From the NCBI GenBank assembly GCA_012295275.1, contig CM022665.1:40982001-41046000 (forward strand): a stretch of 64,000 nt of DNA, in the 5' to 3' direction. This stretch comes from Chrysomallon squamiferum (lineage: Eukaryota; Animalia; Mollusca). The notes below the pieces were generated by a model. It had not been told where the DNA came from. It was given only the letters and a program-made list of their open reading frames with translations, and made no database searches. Shown here one piece after another: positions 27,898 to 41,587 of the stretch. Within the stretch, counting starts at the first letter, position 1; every line of letters begins with the position of its first letter. A program made the position numbers and the translations under genes.

Positions 27898-28345
27898 CAG
27901 GGCTATTTCATCTTTCTGCCAGTGATCTTAAGTCATGGTAGGTTTTATCTAAATGTGTGGGAGGATATATATATAACTATTTATATGTATATGTATATAT
28001 ATATATAAAATCACACATACACACAAATTTATTTATACACATAAAGGCATACATACATAGATGCATTCATACAAACATACATACACACTCACACATGCAC
28101 ACACACGCACACACACACACACATGTATATATAAACACACATTCATACATATACAATAAATTATAATTTAAATAAACTGTGAAACCTTTTGCACAGCTCT
28201 TTACACAGAGTTTTGACTAATTTTAATTTTGAATTTCTATAAAGAAAATATCCACCATTTTGTTATATTTAACTTTATTTGACACTCACTAGCTGTTATA
28301 TTTTGTGTGCTGGGGTGTGGTTAAACATTCATTCATTCCTTCATA
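27898..28345 (+). mobile_element. SINE fragments separated by a (TA/CA)n tract
   Basis: gggctatttc...gccagtg...catggta...tgtgggagga at 27900-27966, and a tail tttgacactcactagctg...gtgctggggtgtggttaaacattcattcattc at 28278-28338. Confidence 0.55.
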
Positions 28346-29227
28346 CATACATTATATGCACACACATACATACATATGTAGATATATGCAGACACACACA
28401 CATCAGTAAAAAAATGCATTTGCAATGATGACAATGGATTTCATTTCTCATACACCACAAAATAAATCATGTGTGTTTGATATTTAATAATACTGGAGAT
28501 TAAAATGCATTGTGGTTTCATTAAACAAATATTAAACACAGATAGTTAAATAAGCCGCACAATAACTGAAAACTTGATTCCCATTATTTGATTGACTTGT
28601 CAACAAATGATGGCAACGCAGTAATATTTCTTCCGTTTGCTTCATTAAAATATATAAATATAACACCATAACAGGCAAATATTACAACGTGGAACTTTTG
28701 CTTATTTCTTTGTTTCCATCATGTTCCTTCTTCAATTTATTTCATTTTAATTAAGTTCGATTTTCATTTCATCATGCTTTGCAAATTGACATTTCTTGCC
28801 AAACAATTGAACAGTGGTGACAAACAAGAAAATGAGCGTTTCTGCCGGAAATTGCGTTAATGAGACACATGGCAAAAACCTGTTAATAGACTTATATATG
28901 TATGCATGTATGTGTTCACAGCTGCATGTTATCGTGTGCTTAATAATGTTTATTTTGCTATCTGACAATGGGCTGGGAAATCAGACTGATTTATGACATA
29001 TGGGGCATTGCCAGATTCCCACCAGAACAACAACCTCAAATGTTTATTTTTTTTTTTTTTTTTTTGTGTGTTTTTATTAATGTTTTTGCATTTCATTTTA
29101 AAACTTTTTACATTTTCATTCTAATCTTGTATGGATTTATTTAATTTTTTTTTAAATACTTCTGGGAATATAGTTTTGTCTGGAACATTAATTGAGTAGA
29201 CGCCGGTTACCAGGACTTTGACATGAA

Positions 29228-29380
29228 GGAGTGGGCTGCAGCTCAGTTTTTCAGCTCTCATCTCAGATGTAACTTGTCACAGGATCAATTCTCTTAAATG
29301 CTGCCATTAGGCTATTTCCCAATCCAGCCACTGCTCTGAAATGTTTTATTATAAGCCTTGGTCATAGGCTTTTCTGTCAA
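29228..29380 (+). mobile_element. Decayed SINE, 5' half
   Basis: gcagctcagt...caggatcaattc...ccattaggctatttcccaatccagccactgctc...aagccttgg. Confidence 0.65.
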
Positions 29381-29932
29381 ATTTTAAAATATTTCCAATT
29401 CCAACCACTTCTTAAAGCTGCTGCATTATAACATCAGCTATTAAAAAACTCTGTGAACTTTTCTTCCAACCCAGTAAAAGATAATAACAGTCCACTTCAG
29501 TTTGGTCTCTTTTTTTTTTTTTTTTATCATAAATCTTGTCTTCTATATTTGTATATATTTCATATTGTGATCCCCAGCAAGTCGCTTTACATTAATCTTT
29601 CACAAGAGTTTTCAATAATTTTGTCTGTTCATGTATTTTGTATTAATCATTTTGAGTCATTCAGCAAAAAGCAGAAGACAACATTCATAGATACGCAAGT
29701 ACCAAGAACAAAAATTCAAATGTACAGGATATTTGATTGGTTTTTTAAAATCCTTAGATTTTTTCCCCATTTTTGCAACAAGTTTCATTAATCACTGTGT
29801 ATTCTTGCTACAAATCCTCCACATCTCTTATTTTGCTTTAAATACATAATCTCCCCCCTTTTCCCCCTCCCCCTCCCCCCTCCCCAACTAGGCACACGTA
29901 CTTTATTGATGACCCTTTTCTGTTCTTGGAAC

Positions 29933-30135
29933 TTTCATTAAGAAAGTGTCTGGTAAAGATTTTTTTCTAATTCGTTTAACAATCGTCAATAGCCCAGTGT
30001 TGAAATCATCTATTTTCATACCTACTCAATTCGAAGTATTGAATGGAGAAACAAGATTAATTTTCAAAACGAAAACATATTTTTAAATTTGGCCTTGTAA
30101 CTTAGGTAAATAGAGCATTCTAAATACGGACAAAT
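29933..30135 (+). repeat. Left arm of long-range inverted repeat (partner 54777-54980)
   Basis: Manual alignment to the reverse complement of 54777-54980 gives 2 substitutions and one 1-bp indel over about 203 bp. Confidence 0.97.
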
Positions 30136-30189
30136 AATTTTTTTTTATTTTGTTGCTGTTGTAGTAAAGTATGGAGTGGATTTGTCAGT

Positions 30190-30211
30190 CTGTGTGTTTG
30201 TCTGTGTTTAT

Positions 30212-30289
<78 letters not shown>

Positions 30290-30470
30290 CAGATAGAAAC
30301 AGAGATATATATAGAGAGAGAAAGAGAGAGTGTGTGGGTGAATATGATTGTGTGAAAGAGAGTGTGTGTTTATGTGTATGTTTGTGTGTTAATGTGTCTG
30401 TGAATGTGTGAGTGTGTCTGTGTGTGTGTGTTGTCTGTGTTTGTGTGAGTGTTTGTGTTACAGAGAGAAA
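30190..30470. repeat. Compound (TG)n(AG)n microsatellite
   Basis: Read directly; it explains the 173-aa ORF on the minus strand. Confidence 0.95.
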
Positions 30471-31794
30471 GAAAACAGTGAAGAAGGGAAAAGAATGGGA
30501 GTAAAATAATGAAATAAAGGTTGAACAGAACGAAAGTAGGCTGAGAGAGACAAAGACAGAAAAAGAGAAATAGAATCTTACAGAAATGTCCTCTTGCAGA
30601 GAGGGAAACAGGTGGAAAGAAGAAGACAAAGATACAGACAATCACATAGTTAAAAAGTGTTTATTTCCACTTTTAATTAAAATTTCAATGTACAAAGTAT
30701 AATTTACATGGCTTTTCACAGTTCTTAGTAATAATACCCTGAGGGGTTTCAAGTTATGAAAACAATTATGCCGTTTTATACAAGTATCCTTGACATCCAT
30801 ATGTTTTTGCCCCTCCATGGGGAGTCATGGAACCTTATATCTGCAGATAAATTAGCCCATCTCTATATGGATTTGAATAAAGACTAAAAAATCATAATTG
30901 TTTCTTCATGTTATATTTGTAAATATTTGTGAGGCAAATCTCTTTCTAAAAATAATTCTTTCTTTATGTCAATACTGTTGACTTTTTTTCTGGCAGCAAA
31001 TCTCTTTAAAAAAAAAACCCAAAAACAATCTTTCTTCATGTCACTGCCATTGACATTTTTTTCTGATGACAAACCTTCTTTCTACAAACAGTGTCGAATC
31101 TTTAGCCAAATTGTTCCTCAGATTTCAAGACAGTTACAAATTATGGTACAAATTTAATCAGGTTCTAGGTTTTCTTTATTTATTTAAAAGGAAATGCTTG
31201 TAATAACCTTTGTCTGTTTTTTTCATTTATCAAGCCTACACTTTGAACAGAACAATCAAGCTAGTTTTTTTCACATTCTTCTTCAGTAACACATTTTAGG
31301 GTTTATTCATTATTAACTTGATGTTATTAATTAATTAGTTTACTTTTCTGATATAAAATTAAGAATAATTGTTTTTAATAAAAAAAATAATAGTAATAAA
31401 AAAAGAATTAACAAAAATTACAAATATTACTTCAAAAACATACTACTTCTTCAATTTGTTAAAAACATTAAAAAACAAACAAAAAACCCCAATAAAACCT
31501 GAAAAAAAACAAGCTTAAAGCAAACTTTATTTTATAACATCTATGATGTTTTTTGGGTGTGTTTTTTCAAACCTACAAAAAAAAAAAAAAAAAAAAATCT
31601 ATTTCGTCTCTTTAACCAAAGTTATTAATCAGTTGGCTGTTGTTTGATATTTCTGTGTCAACTATTAAATTATTTGCTGAAGTTCCCCTCCAGTGAGAAA
31701 CCATCAACACATAATATAATGACAGTTTGAGGCTAAAACTTTTTCTTTAGTTCTGGATGAACTCAAAGTTTTTAATATTTAGAAATAACTTGAG

Positions 31795-32310
31795 CACTGA
31801 GATAAGGGTGAGTGGGTGTGTAGTTTTAATATTATGTGGGTTAAACATGTCTGTTAGGGAGTGGAAGTGGTGTGTATTTAAAATATTAATATTAGCTCAG
31901 TAATTATACAGAGGAGTGGAGGCCATTTTTAATATAATATGCAGATTAAGTAAGTATTTGGACATTAAGGGAGTGTTTTGGGTTTTTTTTTTAATATTAT
32001 ATGCATTAAATAAGTATTTTTTCATTAAAGAGATAAGGGAATGGAGGGTATCAACAACATTACATATGGGATAAATAAATAGTTGTTTTATAATTAGGGG
32101 ATTGGTGGGTATTAGGACATTAATGAGGTAGGGGATATTAAGGATTTAATATTATATATTGGATAAATAAATATTAGGTCAATAATTAGACAAAAGGGAG
32201 TGGGAGATATTAATATTAACATGATATCAAAAGGGTCATCTTGAAATTAGATCACAATCTGGACAATGATTTGGGGATGGGAAATATTTTCGTTATAATA
32301 TACATATTAG
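31795..32310. repeat. Highly degenerate ~55-60 bp tandem repeat
   Basis: Recurrent taagggagtgg...ttttaatattatatgggataaataa modules. Confidence 0.65.
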
Positions 32311-32751
32311 ATGCATATTTTAGTTAGCTGCACAAAGTTCATAGTTGTATTGAGTTAAGTGTGATATTCAGATAATTGTATTTCGTAGAAATTTAGCAGG
32401 TGTTTTTTTTAGAAATTAGTTCACTGGGTGAGTGAAACTATGGCTGTTATTTCTAATAGATAATATATGATATAAAAGGGTCCTTTAGGTATTAGGGTCA
32501 TGATTCTGGCTGAATTGGGATAATGGTAAAATTACTTATAAGATAATTCTGGCAGAATGAAGATAATGGTTCATTGTTTATGACATCATAAACAAGTCGC
32601 ATTGTCCTTAACACTTGTTTTATGCGATAGTCTCTTGATGATTTGTTTATGTCAGCAGCATGAAAGAGAGGTAACACAGGGAATGATAAACTACACCAAG
32701 ACATCAAATTCTGATATTAAGCTTTTGAAAAGATTTCATGCAGAAACACAT

Positions 32752-32962
32752 TTTGGTTTAAGAAAACCACTGGAGTACAAATGTTTCACTTTTTAAGCTT
32801 CAGATATTGTAATTTGGCAATTCTAACATGAAGTCTTTGGAGGAAACATGCTTTGTTGTCCCATTAGTAGCAAGAATGTTTTTTTGTTTTTTTATAAGGA
32901 TATTGTACTATTATATGGCTTTCTGTGGACCACCATAGAGAACTGGTTAGAACAAGAAAAAT
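32752..32962 (-). mobile_element. Decayed SINE
   Basis: tttggtttaagaaaaccactggagtaca...atttggcaattctaaca...gaggaaacatgct...ccattagtagcaag...actggttagaacaagaaa. Confidence 0.6.
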
Positions 32963-35395
32963 TACATTTTGCCTGTAACAGGAATTACTCCTTGCAGCTA
33001 ATGGAATAAAATGAATGAAGTGTGATTGGTCATAGGATCAGTTCTACTCAAAGGTACTTCTGGAATGTTTCTAATTCCAACCATTGCTAAATACATTTTT
33101 TTTTATTTATCAATAATGTCTACCTCTGAGAAGAAGATACATATCAAAAACAAAAAAAATACACTGCAGCTAGGTGATAAGAGTACTGCTGAAATGGAGT
33201 TACTCTCACATCGTTGATATAATTTTAAAATATTTATGTATCAAGGCTTATACTTTTTTTATGTCTGAATGTCTTGAGGCGATGTTATTAAAGATATAGA
33301 GCAGAGAGGGATAGAGAAACAGATAGAAACAGAAGGAAAAGAGAGAGAGAGAGAGAGAGTCCAAGAGAGATAAATATCCATTTATTTAACACAACAGTTA
33401 GCATTACCTTTCACAAATCAACTGTGATGCATCGTTTCAGGATGAGGAAAGTGCCGTCATTAGAGGTCCATCTTAAAGTAGCACACATCATGAAAATAGA
33501 TATACATATATTTTTTTTTTTTTTTTTGTCACTGATTTACAACACACCCCCTCTTCAGGGTGAATGTTCTAGTTCACAGAGTTATCAGTCCTTGTCAATC
33601 TGATTATCACAGCCTCCGTATTGTTTTACAAGATATTTTCAAAAAGCTACTGTTTTGGACAAATCGAATTAATACTTAGAAGCCTTTCATTACACATGAA
33701 ACAGAATCGAGCCTATGTTTTATGAAGCAGCGACAACCATATGGTTTAAAGCAAAATTTGTCACTAACAAGGTACATTAAAAATACATAGCCAAGCCAGA
33801 AATGTTAACAAGTGGAATCTAAAATCGGGTTCCGTATTTTGGAAAGAGTGTTAAAAAATTAATCTAATTCAGTGGTAAAAGGCTGCTTTAATTTACATCT
33901 TTCGAGGATGGTTGTAAAAGATGTGATTTGGTTATGGGCAAACCAAGCTTAGCTGGGTTTTTTGTTTTTGTTTTTTTTTTTTTAAAAAGAAGAAAAAGAA
34001 GAAAAATGTAAAAAAAAAAAAAAATAATAATAATAAAATTAAAAATAAAATTAAAAAGAAGAAAAACATAAGTTTTTATATTATTTTACCTTGAGGCTTT
34101 TTAATTTGAAACATCAGCTTCTATCATACTAACTAAACTGCTTTTTGCATAGCCACTGAAAAATTGCAAAATAAACTACCTAATTTTACAAATTATATAA
34201 AGAAACAACTTCATGGTTTCATCTTGTGAAGATAATAGAGAAGGAACTTTTTTTTTTTTTTTTTTTTTTTTTATGTGGGCAATTTCTGTAATAGTATTTT
34301 ATATAAGAGTGGTTTCAGTAGAAAATTTCTAAATTTTGACAAAATGGATCCCAGGATCTGTTTAACTTTATTGACCAAATGGGGAACAATTGAGTACTGG
34401 AAGCAGTCAACTGAAATCAATTCATTTAAGGGAAAATGTCAAGTGATGCACTTATCTCTTGTGTATGGTGTGCTGTGTATGTGTGTGGGTTACACTGTGT
34501 TTTGAGAGAGAAACAGAAAGTGACAGAGAAACTGGTAGAAATGGAATGAAAGAGAGAGAGAGACAGGCAGAGAATTCAAGAAAGACACAGTGAGAGAGGG
34601 ACAGAGAGAAACTGACAGAAATATCATGAAAGACAGACAGAGTCTAGGAGAAAAAAAAAAGAGAGTGATAGAAAAACTGATAAAAATGGAAGGAAAAGGA
34701 AACAAGGAAGGGAGTATGAGAGAGCCATATGCAGAGAAAGAGAGACAGACAGACAGACAGACAGAGAGAATGAATAAAAGAAACAATGAAAGGCTGAGGG
34801 AAGAAAATACAAAAGTAATTAGCAAGAAAATATAACAAGTACTGAGAAACTGAAAGATGGAAGTTTTATTTATATATTTCCACTGTTATGTAACATCATA
34901 CATTTAGTTAATTACCATACAGATAAAGAGAAAAATGAAACCATTTCCATTCTGTGATAGGCCATTCTATATCCATAAGATGCAAGAGAGAAAGACAGGT
35001 GGAAACAGCAGAAAGAATGCACTCTCCAATATATTCAGGAAAACTCAAACTTTTAATATAGCATTTATGAAATAAAGGCTAGACCAGGAAGCAGCCTTTA
35101 ACAGACTGAGAAAAGAATAGATCCTTTATTGCTAAGGTTTGTATATTCTTTATTTATCTTGGTATCAAACAACTGTTAATCAATCTTTTTTTCTTTTTTT
35201 TTAAAAAAGAATTTAATTACTGACAGGTTAGATGAGGAAGTTCAGCTGATTTATGAAGCTACACAAAACTAACTAATCTGATGAGTAGAAAATAAGTCGG
35301 TCACTACCTCATTGTGTAAACAAGGCCAGAACACAGTGATAGTTACATGTTGTTTTGTGAGAAAAAAAAAAGCAAAACATCTCCATAAGCAGCAG

Positions 35396-35507
35396 CCTGC
35401 CAGGATAACATCCATGTCTCCTGCCAGGATTACATCATCTCCTACAAGCATAACATCATCTCCTGCCAGGATTGCCCTTTATATTCTGCCAGGATTACAT
35501 CCATCTC
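35396..35507. repeat. 21-24 bp tandem repeat, 5 copies
   Basis: cctgccaggattacatcatct-type units at 35396, 35420, 35441, 35462 and 35485. Confidence 0.9.
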
Positions 35508-35699
35508 AAGCCAAGGAAAATGTTCTACGTGCTGGTTAGATAAGCTCTTCTGAAGCAGATTTCATTTGGTTTCCAACAGCGTTTGACCAAATTGTCTGCT
35601 CCATAGACGTGGAGCTGACAAAGCCACAAACAGACTAAAAATCTAAGAGGTTGTTTTGTTGTTGTTTTTTTTTTTCCTCTAAAGTATTAGGTTAATATG

Positions 35700-35920
35700 A
35701 CAGTAGACAGGATTAGAAAATAACAGTGCATGGTTACATAATATCAGGTCTTTGAACTTTTTTAGCCAGTTTTTTTTTCTAAAATATTAGATTAATGTAC
35801 CAGCAAAATGGATTGAAAGTAATAGTGCAGACAATATCAGGTCATTGAACTTTCTGCGTTAGCTTTGGTTAGGTAATACCAGTTCTTTGAACTCATACAG
35901 ATAGCTTTGATTGATATATA

Positions 35921-35966
<46 letters not shown>

Positions 35967-36062
35967 TATAGGTTAATGTGATATTATAACAGATGGAAAG
36001 TAGCAGAATATGGTTACATAATATGAAGTCTTTTTAACTTCTTTAGTTTTAGCTTTGGTTAA
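35700..36062. repeat. Dispersed degenerate direct repeats
   Basis: aatatcaggtcWttgaacttt...tagctttggtta-type module near 35740, 35833 and 36020. Confidence 0.6.
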
Positions 36063-36164
36063 ATGTAGAAATGTGCTGTAACATAACCAACATTGTTAAT
36101 TTTTCAGTGAATCCATTCTCATAGATGCTATAACTTCATTATCTCCCTTTCCAGTTATTTCCCA

Positions 36165-36270
36165 GAATGCAGGAAAATGCATCTGCTGCCATCTAGATTT
36201 AAACCAATTTCAAGTGAAGCAGGAGGCATGTCCCTAGACCCTGCTGGCAACTACAGCCCTTTGGGCCACT
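36165..36270. mobile_element. Possible fragment of a non-autonomous DNA transposon
   Basis: aatgcaggaaaatgcatct...aatttc...ggaggcatgtccctagaccc resembles, from recollection only, a widespread invertebrate repeat motif (gggagcatgcccccggacccc). Confidence 0.35.
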
Positions 36271-36399
36271 GATTACACATATAAATTTCTGCATTTGGGT
36301 CTGTAATATCAGATCTCGGATGTCTTCAGTTGACTTTGAATCAAATACGTTACCATGGTATCAGCATTTGTGATGTTTAATAAAGCATGTACTGACACG

Positions 36400-36751
36400 T
36401 TTTTCTGTATTATTACCAACATAAGATTTCAAAATATTTATTTCTGAAGTTTACTGATGTATTGTTTATTGGTTTGGATTTCCAGTGTCATTAATATGTT
36501 GTGTTTTCATACTGAAGTCCAGTGAACAGAATTTATAAATTTAAATTCCCAGCATTATTACCACCTGATTTCAATATATTAATTCTCAGATCTACTGAAG
36601 TATTATTTGCTTCTTTGTATACCATGATATCATTTCAGTAGATTTGGTTTTGAAGTCTATTTACTAGCTAAATGTTCAGTTATTACTACTACTACTACTA
36701 CTATTACTATTATTATTACTGTTGCTATTATTATTGTTGTTGTTGTTGTTG

Positions 36752-36795
<44 letters not shown>

Positions 36796-36900
36796 TCAAC
36801 AGATTTAGTTTTTAAATCTCTTTAACAGCTAGATTTTCAAGCATCATTATTGTCATATGATTTCAGTATAGGTGATTCTTAGTTAAAATGAAGCACTATT
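36400..36900. repeat. Degenerate ~145-bp repeats interrupted by an (ACT/ATT/GTT)n microsatellite
   Basis: attattacca...gatttcaa...attct...tactga module near 36409, 36554 and 36846. Confidence 0.55.
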
Positions 36901-38175
36901 AATTGTTTTTATGACACGTTTATGTTCGTTAAGCAATAAATAAATATCTGAGACTATTAGAGTGTCCTGTTCTCCTAATTTTAACATTTATAACATCTCA
37001 TTATTGTTTGAACAAACATTAACCTGTGACCTGTAATCATACTTCAATCAGAAAATAATGAATTAATTAACATTACCAACTCAGGGTTAAATAAGATTCA
37101 TATATATTATTATTAATTACTTAACAGTATCAACTTGTGGTTAAGTAAAATTTGTATGTATACATATTAATTAACTAACACTGATAACCTTGGGCTACAG
37201 TCAAGAAATGTTAATTTGTTAGTCTAGTTATGTTCTTCTGAAAGTAATCAAAAGCTCTAAACTGTGAATATTAACTTTTGATTTTACTTTAATTAATAAA
37301 GTTTAGTAGAAAAACAAAAAAAGAACAGCAGTTAAACAAAACAAATAATAATAATAATAACAATAGCAATAATAATGTGGATATTAAAACTACTGATACT
37401 TCTTCATACATATTTTACATACATCTGTAAAAAGACCTCAGGGATATTTTAAAGTAAATTCCCATTCCAACCAGCATTCCCCAACTGGAATACCAAATTT
37501 TTGTTTTTCTTGATGCTGGAATGGCAATATAATATACTGGGTAAACAAATTTTTTGTTGAAAATTACAAGCTTAGCCAATATTATTGATAGTTTCAGGCT
37601 TCTTATTTTTCCCATTAACTGTGGGAAAGAGTAGTTAAAAGATTCTAATTGCCAATCAGTAACAGTAACCCCCATGCAAATATTATTTATCTATTCGTTC
37701 TCTCTGGATATGTTTATAAGTGTGTGTGTTTGTTTCTTTGATTGTTAGCTTGTTACTTTATTTGTTTGCTTGTTTCTTTAATTGTTTATTTTGAAGTCTA
37801 GTTATACTGCATCACATAACATATCCCAGAACGTTTTCTTAATTCTTTAATCTGAAGGGATTGTCTTTTAGAAGCAGTGTCCCTCAGACATAGATATCCC
37901 CCATGATAAACATATTTACATTGGTTCATTTAACTGAGTGCAGATATCATCAAGTTTAGTACACATGTACCAGTAAGGATTCCAAGGAGAAATCTTACAA
38001 GTATCAGCAAGTCAGTCATTAAATAAACACTGGATTTCCACGATGTCGCTTTGTTCAAAGTTAAATTTTCCCAGTAGTAATATGATGTCTGAATTATACA
38101 ACTGATTAGTTAATAGAAATTTTAGACAATTTTCATCATCTAATACATTACCAAAAATAAAGAAAATAAAAGAAG

Positions 38176-38211
<36 letters not shown>

Positions 38212-38492
38212 TTTGTAGGAAACTTAACAATAAATTGTGATTGAAATAAAGATATTAAGTTTAATTGAATAAAAATTTTAAAATGTTTATTTATTATTTC
38301 AGATTTAGAATTCAAGTTCTAAATAATTTTTTTTTTTTTTTTTCAAGAGTTTCATTTCAGTTTAAGAATTCACTAAGAACTAAGAAATCAAAACTCAAAT
38401 TCTATTTTGTAACTTTTGGTTGGTTTTAAGTTAATTATTTATTAACTGTGTATATAATTAAAAGTGTACAATTCACAATTGTTTGCTTAACT

Positions 38493-38574
38493 TTTGCACA
38501 ACTCCAATATAAGCTCACAACAGTTTATATGATTTGCACAACTCCAATATAAGCTCACAACAGTTTATATGATT
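38493..38574. repeat. Perfect 40-bp tandem duplication
   Basis: tttgcacaactccaatataagctcacaacagtttatatga occurs twice in tandem. Confidence 0.97.
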
Positions 38575-39873
38575 CAAAGTTTGTTTTTTGTTTTTAAACA
38601 CCAATTTAATTAAGTTCTTATGGCTCCATATTGAATTCAAAATGATTAATTTATTATTTTATATAGTCAACATTCAAACTCAAAACTTTTTAAATATCAT
38701 AATTTATTTTTCAGATTATTTAAATTGCAGATCATAGCAATTTATGCATCTGTCTAAAGAAAATCAAATTTTATTTAATTCACAACTATTTTATTTCTGA
38801 ATAACTGAAATTTCAATTCACCATTTTTCAGGTTACTAAAATTTCAGATGACAATAATGTATACACTTTTAGAAAAATATCAAATTTTAATTTTAGACAT
38901 TTTGTTTTATTTTATCATAACATCCAATTTTAATTCACAATTATTTTAATAAACTTTTCATACTGCACAAATTCAAGCTCACAGCAGTTAACAATATTCA
39001 TCTTGGATCAAATTTCAACTCATAACAACCACAGTTCTGAATTCTGTTTTTCTCCAGAACTAAAATTAATGAGAAGGAGCAAATGAACTATCAGGAAATC
39101 ATTTTGCAAATTATTTTTCTTTTGATTCCCATCATGGCTGCACTTTGACAGATTTACTTATCCACCTGACTTCCAGGTCGCCATAGTAATCATCATCCCA
39201 CTTCACTTCAGAGGGAACTAGTTAATCCAACAGCGAATAACACTGGCACTTTCCTGATTTTAAATCAAGCAAAATGTGTCCTTGAGATTTTGATTTCCTC
39301 TGATGTACAAGGTTTTGTTGTTTTGTGGATTATTTTTAATATGCTCTAAAGGATAAACAAACACAAACACACACATGTGCACACATACACACAAATATAT
39401 ATAGAGATATGTTTCTCTTTGTGTCTGTAAGTATGTATATTTGTGTCTCTCTTTCTCATTATATATCTATATATTTTAATTTTTTTATATATATATATAT
39501 ATATGCCATAAGATATTATGTAAATCAAGCTTCTCTTTTTATTAGCATTATTATTTTCATAATCTAAAAAAGCTGATGATTCTATTTCAGTATAATGTCT
39601 TTTAGGACCATCTTCTTCATACAGAAGGCTCCTTTTTAGTCCTTTTTAAAAAAAAAAAATGTTTTTTTTTAATGTTTTAATGTCCTATTAGACCAAAATA
39701 GCCTTGCATTAAAACCAAAAACCAAAATTTACGTAAGGTAAATTTAGATCTAGCTGACGTTGCAAAATGTAATTAAGTTCATAAATTTTCATCTTTATCA
39801 GTTCTGATGTTGTCATAATCAATTAATTCTGTGATGTTAATAATGTTTCCCCATCTATAAATATTAGTTATTT

Positions 39874-39909
<36 letters not shown>

Positions 39910-40129
39910 AATGAAATATATATATATGCACATACACACATATATTTTATTTTATTTTATTTTATTTTTTTTATTTATTTATGTTTTAAGCCATAGCATC
40001 TAATTCAGTGTTTGATATTCTTTACTGAATTATTTGCTGTTCTAGACACTTTATCAAAATTGGGAATCAGAAGATATGGTATGTGATGTTCTGTCTCAGA
40101 GAAAAATTTAATATTAATTCATTAAATTA

Positions 40130-40352
40130 CATATAATTATAACAGAGAACAATCCTTAATATATACAAAATATTAATCCTTTCTATTGCATATAATTAAG
40201 ACAGTGAATATTCTTTTATATGAAGAACAGAATATTAATTATGAGGGTGAATAATATTTAATATGAAGTACAAAATATTAGTTATTTCAGTAAAATATGT
40301 AATTAAGACTGTGAATAATCTTTAATATGAAGTACAAAAAATATTAATCCAT
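40130..40352. repeat. Degenerate ~45-65 bp tandem repeat
   Basis: About four copies of aattaagacWgtgaata...aatatgaagtacaaaatatta-type modules. Confidence 0.75.
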
Positions 40353-41550
40353 TCATTACTAGTGAAACAACTCAATGACCACTGCCTGGCTCGTTGAGAT
40401 TAACTAAATAAAATATGTCCCCCAGCAAGGACCATTATCTCACATTTCTGCTAACAACAATGTGAATGACCTGAAACAAGACTTTCTTAATACCTGTACT
40501 GGCGGCAAAGAACCTTAAATAACCAATCTTCAGTCTTAAAATACCCTAAATTTGGAATGCTCTTCTTTTTATCTATATTAAGTGGTGTGTTGTTGTTATT
40601 TTAATTATTATTATTATTTATTAATTAATTATTATTGCTGGTATTGTTACTAGTGTTAAAATTATTATTATTATTAATTATTATTGGTATTATTACTGTT
40701 CTGTTATTACTGTTATTATTTTTTATACTTTTACTTTATTATTGTTGTTGTTCTTCATTTTATTTGTATTTTTATTTTTATCACTATTTAACCTTTTCAC
40801 ACCAGATTCATGTTGTTAGTGTTATTAGTGTTATTTTTAATAATATTATTGTTGATATTGTATTGATCTTCTTCTTATTCCATTATTATCTTCCTTTTCT
40901 TCTTATTATTACTAATCCGCTTTAAATACTACAATCACCAAACATTCCAATAACCAAACAATTCAAGACATGTAAAAAAAAAATAATAATAATAAAAAAA
41001 ATAAAAAATAACATACTTTTAAACCATTGTTCTTTTAATTTTAAAGAAAAAAAAAAGGACAAAATTAATGGCATCAATTTTGGGGTAACCTATTACAAAA
41101 TAAATAACCCCTTTGTCCCACTATATTTATTGCCATTATTATCTTACACATCCAACTTACTCTGTCTGTTCATTTGATCGCAGACCTCAATTATTTTCCT
41201 TATGTTTTTCCTCCAAGCCTTGAGGCATTTTATGGGGACCTGTTGGCTATTTATTCTGTAACTGTGTGCGTGAGCTAGACAGTTAATCCTGATTTAAAAA
41301 TTGCAGCTACAAAGTGTTCTGCCAACACAGATATTTCAGTTATAAATCACCAACTGATGTATTTTGGTATGTCCATCAGTCAGATGGTCATTTATTGGTC
41401 AATCAGATAGCTTTGAAGTGATGGACAGTAATTCTTAATAGATTGGGGTTTTTATTTATGAAGCAGAAATTTGGTACGAATAAATGAAAATGGCGTTTGT
41501 GAGTCTTGAAGTGTTGTAAGAAATAATAGTGATAAACTGTGTGTTTGTGT

Positions 41551-41587
<37 letters not shown>

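Noticed and set aside
33605-33626. miR-2-like start (tatcacagcc)
   Set aside because: The 3' part does not match the family and I found no complementary arm upstream.
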